Below, piece after piece: positions 24,601-36,600 of a DNA stretch of 52,721 nucleotides. Origin of the DNA: Perkinsus chesapeaki ATCC PRA-425 (lineage: Eukaryota; Protista; Perkinsozoa); assembly GCA_013115145.1 (NCBI GenBank), contig JAAPAO010000205.1, forward strand, positions 1-52,721, in the 5' to 3' direction. A program made the position numbers and the translations under genes. Each line of letters starts with the position of its first letter. Positions within the stretch are counted from its first letter, which is position 1. A model generated the notes under the pieces. It was not told the DNA's origin. It made no database searches and saw only the letters and a program-made list of their open reading frames with translations.

Positions 24601-27600
24601 TGTCTCCTTGAGGGTAGTAAATCTTATACTTGACCGTGTTGTCATCTAAGAAGGTCAACTCCACATTAGAATCAGTGGTAGACCAATTCCTTGGCGAGTA
24701 AACGCCTATAGGGGCCGTGGGCTTAGTGGCAAAAGCTGCCGAAAAGAGTTGAAAGCAGGTGGAAATTGTCAAAATCATGAGTGATGAAAATCGTCAAGAC
24801 ATTCTGATAACAGAATGTCTGGTAGATTTCATGCTGTATTTCAGCTCTTCTAGCAGCCGAAGGTTTCACAGGAGGTTTCAGACATCTCTAAACATCAGCG
24901 ACTAGAGCGCCATCGATAAGATAGGATCGACGATCCCGAGGGAACATCCGATTGTTGCGATAAAACTGTGCAAACACAACAACAGATGATAGACCGAGAG
25001 GCAGAATTTTATATGCGTAACACCATTACAAAATAGCTGCGACAGAAATAGATCAATCGGGTGACCTGTTCAATTGAAGCAACATAACGGTACGCGGTAC
25101 AGAACTCAAGGCAACTGGCCACTGACTGAGGCAATACTATCACGTCACCGATAGTATGCCAGTAGCATGGAGACTGTTTGCCATTACAGAGACAAGATGC
25201 CATAACCTCTGGTAACATCGAGAAGTATGTAGTGTAGGCGAGGGAAGCCTTATTTGGTTGGGGAGGTCCAGCAACTCACAGTGAGTGGTCATCGGGGCTG
25301 TGAACTGGAATGATTTACAAAATTGAGCTTTATATGCCAGTTGGCAGGTACCCCCTGGGGTTATCACGTTCCACGCTGGCACCATCTGAGGCAACATACC
25401 CTTCTCTTGCTTGTGGTAACAGTTGTCGTTGTAGTCGTACTGGTTGGATTGGTGCGAAGGTGAAATGGGTTGTAGTCGATGTAGTTGTAGTCGTCGTGGT
25501 TGGAGTGGTTGTAATCGTCGTGGTTGGAGTGGTTATAGTCGTGCTTGTAGTCGTTGGAGTGGTTGTAGTCGTCGTGGTTGTAGTGGTTGTAGTGGGTGGG
25601 GCGTGGTTCAAAATGATAGGGCACCAATTCTCGAGTAGGAACGTGATCTCGTCTTTAACCGGATCGTAGCCCAGGTTCAAATAGAAGTAGTCCACTGAAA
25701 ATCCGGAGAATCTGCCATGGAGGTTCTGGAGTTGGATCAGAGGTACATGAACCCTGATAAGACTCGAGCTTTTCATCGAGAAGTCGACATCGAACGGGGA
25801 CGAGTAGGATACGCCATCGATGTTGAAGTGATAGACGGCTTGGCCCTTACCGAACTCCATAGTAATATTGATGCCACGCTGCAAAGCCTGGTACACACCA
25901 GCGGGCTGTCTTACGTAGGCAGAACCCTTTGCATCATCTGATGAGTGGAGAATCTCAAAAGAACGGTGCTTCGCGTTCACGGTAATTCTATTATTGGCGG
26001 CGTCGTAGAAGAAGATTTGAAGACCCAAGTCTTCGAATGCATCAGGATGAGCGGTCCTCCAGAATTCCAGTTGATGACCAGGAACCGTTACAGCAAGAAC
26101 AGAAGAGGCCAGCATCTTCACGCGATAAGAATCGAGAGTAGCACTGTCACTGTGAGGGTGTTCAATGAAGTATTTAACAGTGCTATCATCCAGGAAGTTC
26201 AAGTTCACGTTAGCCTCACTGGAAGACTGACCTTGTGGAGAATACACACCCGAGGGGGCTTTGAGCTTGTCAGCCATTGCGGCCAAAAGCATCAGAAAGC
26301 AGGTGAAAAAGATCATGGGATGAATAAAAAATGTTAAGATAATCTGCCCTGCAAAGTGATTGGTGGATTACATCATATATAGTAATCCTACAACCTTACG
26401 GGTATATCATAATCTCCTGTGCAGTAGTTGTAGCCTAAACTAAATACCACGGGAAGAATATTGGTCCTCGAAAGAGAGTAACTGAGCTACTCGGAAAGCA
26501 TTGTGTAGAGGAGAATGCTAGATGCGGAACACGCTAAGCGTTCACTGAACTTTGCAAGTAAAGCGCCATCCTCCATGTACAAGTGTACACAGGTACGATC
26601 AACGGGGACTGCAAGTGAGATCTAACCACGGTATAGCACCAGGCTGCCGATGGGAGGATAGTCTCCGAATCCCACGCAGTTTTGATCCTACTACATTGTG
26701 AAGGTCATTGCTTGATTTAACTCAAAGCAGTTTTTAAACGAGAGACAAGATTGGATGTGGAACCTAAAACGCGCACTATTCTCGTATTTCCTTACCTAGT
26801 TGTTTCTCGTTCTTTGTCCGGTGTGGCGGGTACGAGAAGTGGGACGAGTAAGCAACATCCCTTGGACAAGTCGGTCTGAAGAAATGGGGCTGCGCGGAGC
26901 CTCTTCCTTTCTCTATGCGTACTACAAAACCGATCCGCAGGAGAGGCTCCTTTGTGGAGGCTCCATTACGGAGCACGGTGACGCGCCTTGGGATCATTCT
27001 TCATCTGTTAGTAGCGGCATCGGTCAGCATGTGACCTGGATTGAGCGATTCGGTGAACGCTGAATGCTCTCGGAGAGAAAGGAGTCGAGAATCCATGCCT
27101 TCTCAAAAATGTGCTGCTGGTTGCCTCGGCCGCCCAGATATATTCCCAGGACTTTCGTAGACAGTGACGCCGCTTCACGAAGCTTGCGGATAACTCGTTA
27201 GCGTCAGTCAAGGTAGATCTTGTCGGGGGCGGCGGCCTTCGAGAAGCCTACTCGGTGATCTGTACAGGCGATCTCGGCGATGCAAGCGAGCTGAGATCAT
27301 CTGAGTTGATTGAACTCCCTGCCTGGTATACTGTACTCTTCGGAAGCGCTTGAGGGTGCAGAAAAGGCCCACTGTCCGGTCGCCGCTGCCGAAATATAGG
27401 AAGAGCTGAAAAACTGTATCGGACTGTCCGACCGGTTGGTTAGCCCACTCCTTGTAATAGTCCGTCCACACTATTCGCACTATTCACCGAAAAGTTTCTC
27501 GGCAAATGTTTTGGCGGGCAAATCTTGGCGTTAACACGTACGGTAGTGTTAGCTCAGGCCAGTCACGCTTACGTTCTCTTGGCTTGTTTGGCCTAAGACT

Positions 27601-30600
27601 AGGTAACTCATGAGTGTAGGCGGCCCGGGGCAGATTTTTTCGTGTGGGTAAAGTGTTCGGACTTCGGGTTGAATAACTTGTGACTGCTCGTTTCCTGAGG
27701 TCGTTCTTCACATGAGAATGTATGCCCTCCACATTATTTGTATGAGGTCCATCACCAGCCATGATTGACTGACTTGTAGTGCTTCACGTCAGGTCGTAGA
27801 GTAGAAATGCAGCCGTATGCTGAGAGATGCGCTTCCCAAATACTGGTCCTTACAGAAAGTTGACGTCGATAGTTCCGCACTGGGTGTCTCTAGTAGATCC
27901 AGAATAAGCCATTTTCTGTAGTCCTCTCATATCGTTCCATCTTACTAGCGCATAGAGAACAGGAGCGAGTGCCATTTATGAGGCAATGGCTTTTTAGCCA
28001 CTTTAACTCGAAAATTCCTGCGATGAAGTCTTAGGGACGGTGTCCCCTAACACAATGGAAATCACCACATCTGCGGAGTGTTCATCTGTGATGAAGATCT
28101 GTGAGCACTGCGAGAAGTCAGGTTGAAGATTGAAACTTTGACAAACGGTTTATCGGTCACTTCCTGTCACAAGAAGTGAATACATCCTTGATGGTTCAGC
28201 CCATGTCCGTCTTAAACTCGTGCAGTGGTTTCAAATAAGCCTTCGTTGATGAGAGCCTTCAATCCTTCCCTGAACAGAATGCTCCTCCTTCCCTGAACAG
28301 AATGCTCCTCCTTCCCTGAACAGAATGCTCCTCCTTCCCTGAACAGAATGCTAGGCTATAACGAGTGGCTAACCACAGGCCACGACACCACGACCGGTCC
28401 TAGTGGTGGTCTGCCGTCCTCCATAGCTCCACCAGGTCAACACGTCCTCGAGATAGCGAGTCATGGAGTACAGAGAATCTGTAACAGAATGTGAACGAGA
28501 GAGATAATTGAATTATTGGAAAATTATTGGAACACATTTTAGATTGAATTATAATAATTCACGTGTCGTCCAGAATGTCACATTTCGAATGTGTTCCTGG
28601 TTGCGCCTGTCGCCGAACAATGTAGACAGTAACGACTCTCCTCGAAGCTACTGGGTGGTTTTATGGCATCCTTAAAGGTACCGCTTTTCCAAGGCCTGCT
28701 CGGGGATCTGTTTCCTGGCTTGGAGTGTCCGCGTGTTGGGTACCCGACACTTAAGAAAGCTATCGAGGAGGAGCTGGAGAGTCGTGGAATGAAGCACCGT
28801 TATGAGGAGCTTTATCACCTTCAAGTCGACAAAACTATGCAGTTGTATGAGACCATGCTGACAAGACACACCACCATGGTTGTTGGTAGGGCACGCTTCT
28901 CTCAACGCTGAGCGAATTCGTTGGGCATGTTAGGTAAGACCATGAGCGGTAAATCAACAGTGATCAATTGTCTTGCTGGCGCACAGAAGAGGGCATTCGA
29001 AACGCCAACGCATATCTATCCAATAAACCCAAAAATGGTTACAGTTAACGAACTGTATGGAGTGTTGGATCCGGCGACGAGAGACTGGACGGACGGTTTG
29101 CTGAGCAAGATATTCCGGGATATCAATCAACCAATACCAGCTGGCCGAGGCCTTGAAAAGCGGTATATTTTGTACGACGGTGATGTTGATGCCGTTTGGG
29201 TTGAGAATATGAATTCAGTGATGGACGATAATAAAATCCTCACGTTGAACAATGGCGAGCGAATAAGGCTCGAGAAGCACTGTGCTATGCTGTTTGAGGT
29301 TGATGACTTGCAGTATGCATCTCCGGCGACCATCTCTCGTTGTGGGATGGTTTATGTGGATGATAAGGACCTCGGGCCAGCGCCGTTTTACGATCGGTGG
29401 TCTCGAGGAAAAGGGGGTAAAGTGGAGCCAGTTCTAATGGAAATGTAGGGGAATTGTCATGAGTGATGTAACTGCATTTTTCATAGGTTTGAGAAATGGG
29501 TGCGGCCGTGTTTGGCGCTACTCTGTGATGGAAAAGTCAACGGAGAGCTTTTGGCAGATGGCCCACTTGCTGGCAGCTTACCTAGAAGCCAGGTCGGCAC
29601 TGACTACATAGTTCAGCTTAGCAAGATATTCGATAGCATGGTCGATGATGAGATTGGGCGGATGCAGCCCCTCGAGATTGCTTGTGTATTCTTGTTCACG
29701 ATGATCTGGTCTTTGGGATCAGTCCTGGAGGAGAGGACTCGAGAGCAATTTGATGAGTTCGTGAAGAAGCTGGTTGTCGATCATCCAATTGAAAGTATTG
29801 GAGATTTGACTTTGCCGAAAACTTCGCTATATGAGATGGTATATGATTTGGAAAGTGGTCAGTGGGTGCCTTGGAAGGATAGAGTTATGGCTTATGAGGA
29901 GGGCTCACCAGATAGAGACTTCAACTCTATCTTGGTGCCAACCGTGGACACTACACGGTATTCCTGGCTGAGATCTCAATTCGCTAAAGTGAAGGCACCG
30001 TGCTTGTTTGTTGGGGAGTCGGGTGAGACTCAACATATGGGACTTGGCGACTTTGAAATTTAGGAACTGCGAAATCTGTGACGATCATCAACTCGTTGGA
30101 GAGCGAACCGATTGACACCAGTTTGATGCTACTTATTAATTTCTCAAGTCGAACGAGTGCTGCAGATTTCCAGAGGAACATTGAAGATAATATATTCAAG
30201 CGAACAGGTGGGCCTAGGGAGACGCGGTTCTACATTGAGATGTTAGTTTGGCGATTCTGGCACGCGCATGGATTCCGCTGGCTCAGATACGAGAATGTTG
30301 TGGAACTTTTATACTTGTAATTGTAATGCTTGCTTAACGTATCATTATTGGAAAATAAGTCAATTTGAAGGACTGTGTGTGCCGTACATTCAACAGAAGA
30401 CCTCGATCGCTCGGTGAAGGGTTACAGTTATACTAACTACCAACTACGGACGTTATACACTGGAGCGGGGAACTGGTCTTTTGCTTTCTCTCTACTACTT
30501 TCCGTGCAACTCAGGTCGAATTTTCGGACCGGAACAAGGCAAAACTTTGCGGATCTTCGTTGATGATTTATCCATGCCGAAGATTGATAAGTATGGCACT

Positions 30601-33600
30601 CAGCAACCACTGGCTCTGCTCAAGTTTGTTGTGGAGAAGCAGTTTATGTAGGGTTATCTTGTCGGGATGTATCGAACGAAGAGGTGACGTAGGTACGAAA
30701 GAGGAGGTGATTTGGAGAAGATAGTTATTCAAGACGTGGAGCATATCGCCGCGATGCAGCCGCCAGGGGCTGGTCGGAATTCCATTGACCCTCGAGTGGT
30801 GAGTCTGTACTGCGCTATTGGCATTACGTTCCCATCAACTGAGACGATTGATAAGATCTACAGCTCGATATTGAAGGGTATGTTCGTATTGTTTGGGGAT
30901 GAGGTGAGAGAGCGGTATGAGCGGCAAGAGGAGTGTTTCGGTAGGTCCGGGAAATGGCGCTGAGGCTACCGGAAGTCACATTGTCACTTCATCGCGAAGT
31001 CGTTGAGAACTTACCGAGGAGCCCTTCGAAGTTTCATTACATCTTTAATCTTCGGGACCTTTCTAGAGTGTATCAAGGAGTGTGCCAGGCCGACCCGCAG
31101 GTGGTCAGCACTCCAGCCAAGCTCGTTCGGTTGTGGCGTCATGAGTTCCAGCGGGTCTATGCTGATCGACTAATTGATGAAAATGAACGGGAGTATGTTG
31201 ACGGACAGTTGCTGGCCGGCATGGTGGAGAGGCACTTTTCTGAGTATCGAGATGAAGTTCTCAAGGAGCCGCTGGTGTTTGGCGATTTCAAGGATGTGGT
31301 CAGCATTCTGGAAGCAGACGAGCCGACTGGAGAGATGCGCCTTTACGATGATATGAATGACTGGCAGGGGGTGAACAAAATCCTCCAGGCGGTTTTGGAA
31401 CTTTACAATCTGGACAGGAGCGCGATGAATTTGGTGTTGTTCGTGGATGCCATGCGTCACTTGACGCGAGTCCACAGGATTCTTCGCCTGCCGCAAGGGA
31501 ATGCTTTGCTTGTCGGCATTGGTGGTCTTGGAAAACAAAGTCTGACAAAGCTTGCAACGTTCACTGCTGGACAGACTCTATACGAGATAACCTTGTGTCG
31601 AGGGTACGGCGACAGCAATCTAAAGGACGATCTCAAGGCGCTCTACCAGGCAGCTGTGAAGGGACCGCAGACGTTCCTGTTCACCGATGCCAATGTTGTC
31701 GAAGAAGGGTTCTTAGAATACATCAATAACATGCTCACCGTGGGAATGGTGCCAGCGCTGTTTGCTGATGATGAGAAAGAATCTTTGGTATCGAGTGTGA
31801 GAGCCAAAGCGAAGGCAGAAGGAGTGCAGGAGAGCAGAATGTGGAACTATTGCGTAGGTCCACCTGTCCGTCTTACCAAGCGATATTTAACACACATGAA
31901 ATCCTGACTGTTCGTCCGTGAACTAGCTACGAGAGAGGGAACTCGAATCATGGGAGATTTGATCTTGCCCACCAAGGGGCCTCGATGTGTCTTATTATCA
32001 GGTTAATCACATAAGATCGCAGCTCCACTTGGTGTTGTCAATGAGCCCGGCGGGCAATGCTCTACGATTGCGGTGTCGAAACTTTCCGGGGTTGGTAACA
32101 TGCACTACTATCGATTGGTTCCAGCCATGGCCGACCGACGCATTGCTGGCGGTCGCCACTCAGTTGCTGTCAGAGTAACAAATTGCAATTTCTGAGAGGT
32201 ATGGATTTCGTGGTTCAGATGTGATGTGCCGGCTGAGAACAGAAGTGACATCAACAGGTTTGTGTGCGATGCTCACCTCTCCGTCACAACAAAATATAGT
32301 CCGGAATTCGAAGCAAAGTGAGTGGGAATGATTCGGCATATCAAATTCGGATGCACGATATTTATCATGCGGTATTTTTCAGATTCAAGAGGCGCAACTT
32401 CGCGACACCCAAGAACTACCTAGACTTCTTGTCTAGCTACGAAGATCTGCTCGCCAAGAACCGCAAGACTGTCGATGCTCAAAGTCAACGGCTCGGTGGT
32501 GGTCTGGATAAGCTGGTGCAGGCAGCTAATCAGGTTACCGTTATGAGTAAGAGCTGGCTTCCTCTATGTTCTTTAAAACTATCCTTGTTTGTCGGAATAT
32601 AGTGTTCAAATGTCTTTTAAGTGGCGTTCATGGGAAACTTCGTGACGCATAGGATCTTGTAGAGCGTCTACAGGCTTTGAACGAATATAGAATCTTGTGG
32701 AACCGACTGGTTTTGGTGTAGTATCGTGTTTGCAATATGGTTTCCGAATGAAGCTGGTTGATACCATCAGTGGCTGCTTTGATCTTATAATATATCACGG
32801 TTCATTATGGTAGGTATTCGTGTTTAGGTAAAGACTTGGCGGAGAAGAAGGTTGTGGTGGATGAAAAGGCGTCAGCGGTTGGCAGGTTGATCGAAGAAAT
32901 TAATGAGAAGTCGATAACGGTGTCGAAGAATCAGAAGATAGCGAATGAACAGGCGAAACAGATTGCCGACGATAATGTGATCATCCAACGGGAGAAAGAA
33001 GATGCTGATGCTGCTCTGGCGGAGTAAGATTGAATGGTGACTCGGCGGTGATAGGTTTACTAGGGCGCTGCCGGCACTTGATATGGCGGCCAAAGCTTTG
33101 GAGGAACTTGACAAGAAGGACATTACGGAAGTGAAGTCGATGGCTAGTCCACCGGCACCTGTTATGATAGTCTGCCAATGCGTGCTTATCTTGAAGCCGC
33201 TGGGGAAGGAGGATGAGAATGGCGGTGAGCGAATTTGAATTGAAGGCTTCTTCGATTCACCGGATTTTAAAAGTGTGTATGGGGACATCTATATCTAAGA
33301 GCGACACTGGGAGAGCCGAGGCCTCCGGAAAGACCGGAATTTGTCTAGAATATAGATCGAGGCATGCGAACTGATAGCATTGATAAGGACTGTATCATTT
33401 AGGGTGGGCTGCCGCCAAACAGATGTTGAGTGATGTAAGCCTTTTAAGAGCATTGCAAGAATATAAAAAAGACGATATGAAAGACCGTCAGGTAGGATGA
33501 GCTCTTGATGACCACTTGGGAATTCGCGCGATGTCAGATAAAAAAGATTAAAGAGTTATTGGCGAAGGATAAGGACGTTTTTGAGGGCGATAATATGAAG

Positions 33601-36600
33601 AATATATCAAAAGCAGGCTTTGGGCTGTTGCAGTGGGTGAAGGCAATGATCAAGTACCACGAGGTGGCACGAACAGTGGAGCCGAAGAGGAAGCTGGTGG
33701 CTGAGTTGACACAAAAGAAGGAGGAAGCCGAAGCTAATTTGGCCAGAATTAACGAGGAGCTCGGAACGCTCGCTGAAAATATCCAAAAGTTGAGCGATGA
33801 AGAAGTGAAGCAGAGCGCACTATTGAAAGCTCTTGAAGACGAAGCGGATACGATGCAAAGGAAGCTGGAGGCAGCGTCGAAGTTAATCGACGGGCTCGGC
33901 TCGGAAAGGGAGAGATGGTCGAAAGATATCACATTGCAAGGTGGGCCTGGAAAGACTTCCGCTTCGTACATTGGCAGGGCGAGGAGGGGGTCTTTATAAG
34001 ACTGACGGATGTTAGTGAATTAATAACCTTTTCGCGTGCTCCGCGGAATACGGCTTTGAAATGCCCTTCCGAGCTGATGCCCTCCATGTCATTGTGGGGT
34101 CGCTTTTTTAGGGGAGAAGAAAAAGCGGCTGGTTGGCGACTGTCTGTTGGGCTCTGCGTTCATATCTTATGCTGGTCCGTTTAATCACCAGTTCCGCAAT
34201 GAGATGCTTTATCGTGATTGGCACGCTCGAGTGATGGAGGCGGATATTCCTACGAGCAGCGACTTCAAGTAAAGGGGAGTTCTTTATTCTCTGCGATGCG
34301 TTGATCCAGGCTGGAGACACTTCTTACTTCGGACGTGGAAGTCGCCTTATGGAGCTCGCAGGGGCTTCCAAGCGATGAGCTCAGCGTTCAGAATGGCATC
34401 CTTACGACCAGAACTAATCGGTTTCCGTTGTGTGTGGATCCACAGGTGGGAAGGTGGCATATTAGTCTTATCGTTATGAACTACTTCGCTGGGTTGCTGG
34501 AGATGGTAGTGCTGCATCCGTGGCCAGCATGACGTGGCGCCGAGAAAATTTTTCTGGCTGGATAGGGTTTTGTAATGATCTGTTTATCGAGTAAAGGAAC
34601 GCTAACGATTTAGCGGGTCTGTCTCGCTCGCTTGTTTTGAGGAGGGAGACAAGTTGAACACGACTGGGGATTTAGATGCAAGCTATCCGTTGGTTGAAGA
34701 AGAAAGAAGAAAAATCGAACGGTGGACTGACGGTGAAGACCTTCAACGACGAGTATATAAAGTAAAAGTTTTATGAATTGCTATTAGTAATTATTTTTAT
34801 TAACCGACTGTTAGATATCTTGAGCTCGCCATACAGTACGGCAAGCCGTTCTTGTTTGAGAATCTTGACGAGGAAATCGATCCCATGATCGATCCAGTAC
34901 TCGAGAAAAGGTAAGGCGTATTGAGGAGAGGGGCCGATACTGTTTTCAGGTACGTGATGCAAAATGGACAGAAGATGCTGACTTTGGGAGACAACACAAT
35001 CGAATGTTCGGATTCGTTCGTTATGTTCATGACGACAAGAATATCGAATCCGCGATATTCGCCGGAGATTATGGGGAAGGTTTCTATTATCAATTATACG
35101 GTAAGGAGCCACCACCAGCAGCGGCCATCTAGAAATAGTTCCATTCTTCGTTTCAAGGTCACTATGGACGGGCTCGCGGCGCAGTTGTTAAATGTCGTTG
35201 TTGGTTTTGAGCGCCCTGATTTACAGGAGGAACGTCAGCAGCTTGTCCAGTCGATGAGTGAGAACCGTCAGGTAAGATAGGCAAACGTAACTAGGGTCAA
35301 TGCGACCAATGCTGAGCCTTGAAAGGTCCAGGTATTTAAGCAGATTCCATGGGTCTTTACTGGACTTTTCGACTCGTAACCGTGATCTCTAGCTTTTTCT
35401 TTGGTTGCTGTATCGGCGCAAAATTAAGTTTTCAGATCCAGAAGAATTTGGAAGATACCCTTCTTAGGGAACTAGCAGCCTCGAAAGGTGGGGCGCCGGC
35501 AGAAGGAAGAGCAGATTTACTTGGCAGGTTCGATTCTTGACAATGACGATTTGATACAGACACTGCAGACGGCTAAAACCAAGGCCATTGAGATAACAGA
35601 GGTGAGTTGCTAAACGATTACAGAGTAACAGAGTCGAAGTGATATCCTCAATTGGCAGTGTACTTCGAGTATCATTTTGATGGGCAGAGGGCATTATTAA
35701 TTGTATTCCTCTCAAATGAACAACTTTGCGAATAGAACAAAAACATACGATAGCGAGACTGGACTTTTATGAAAGAGATGTATTCTAGGCATTGGAGACT
35801 GCAGCCCGCACGAGTGCAGAAATCGACAAGATGCGTGAGATATATTCAGAAGTTGCCAAGCGAGGGAGCATACTGTAAGTGTGATATGCGCAGCTGCATA
35901 AGTAGCCAATTCGTTGTGGCTCGGCTTCATTCACACATAGAGTACTCAACACTTTCTAACACTTCAGTAGCGCATTCAACAGTGTATAACAGTAGGGTGG
36001 CTATCTGCTTGAAGTCTATCCCTTCTGGTAGCAACCAGTTTTCCTCTGTATATAGTCTATGATGGGGGAAACACCTCGATCGTCTTGAAGGCGGCAGGCA
36101 TCAGTTAGTTTTCAAATTCGACCGCCTGAGAAAACTACGTTCGACATCCGATACCTACTTGGTCTACTTTCATGTCTACCCGCTGTCTACTTCAGGTACT
36201 TTGCCACTCAAGGCTTGAGTGCAATTTCGGAGATGTATGAGTATTCATTGGGATCGTATCTTTCCGTCTTTGAGCAGGCAAGACTGTTGCTGCTTGATAA
36301 GATTCAGCTTCTAGCAGGCCCTTCGAGAGGCGAAGCCGGACAAGATAATCGATAATAGATTGAAGAATGTCAGAGAGAAGCTTACACAAGTTGTTTATGA
36401 CTTCACTTGCATGGGAGTAGGGAATCGCGGCGGCAGTAGCTGTGGATCGAATAGGGCAATAGGCTTCAGTGTGTACGGCCACGGAGGAACGCGTTTTACG
36501 ATATCTTGCTCCTTGTTGGGAATGACTATGGCATAACAGTTTTGGAAATCTGAAGTTGAAGAATATAGTTCCTCCAGAATGAACCGCTTAGTGATTTTAT

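Noticed and set aside
28031-28050. TTAGGGACGGTGTCCCCTAA palindrome as a transposon TIR or telomere seed (also TTAGGG at 1-6)
   Set aside because: No partner TIR or TSD found; single hexamers are not a telomeric array
9148-28352. Tandem arrays of 36, 34 and 23 bp as CRISPR-like arrays
   Set aside because: Units are head-to-tail with no unique spacers, no cas genes, eukaryotic intronic context
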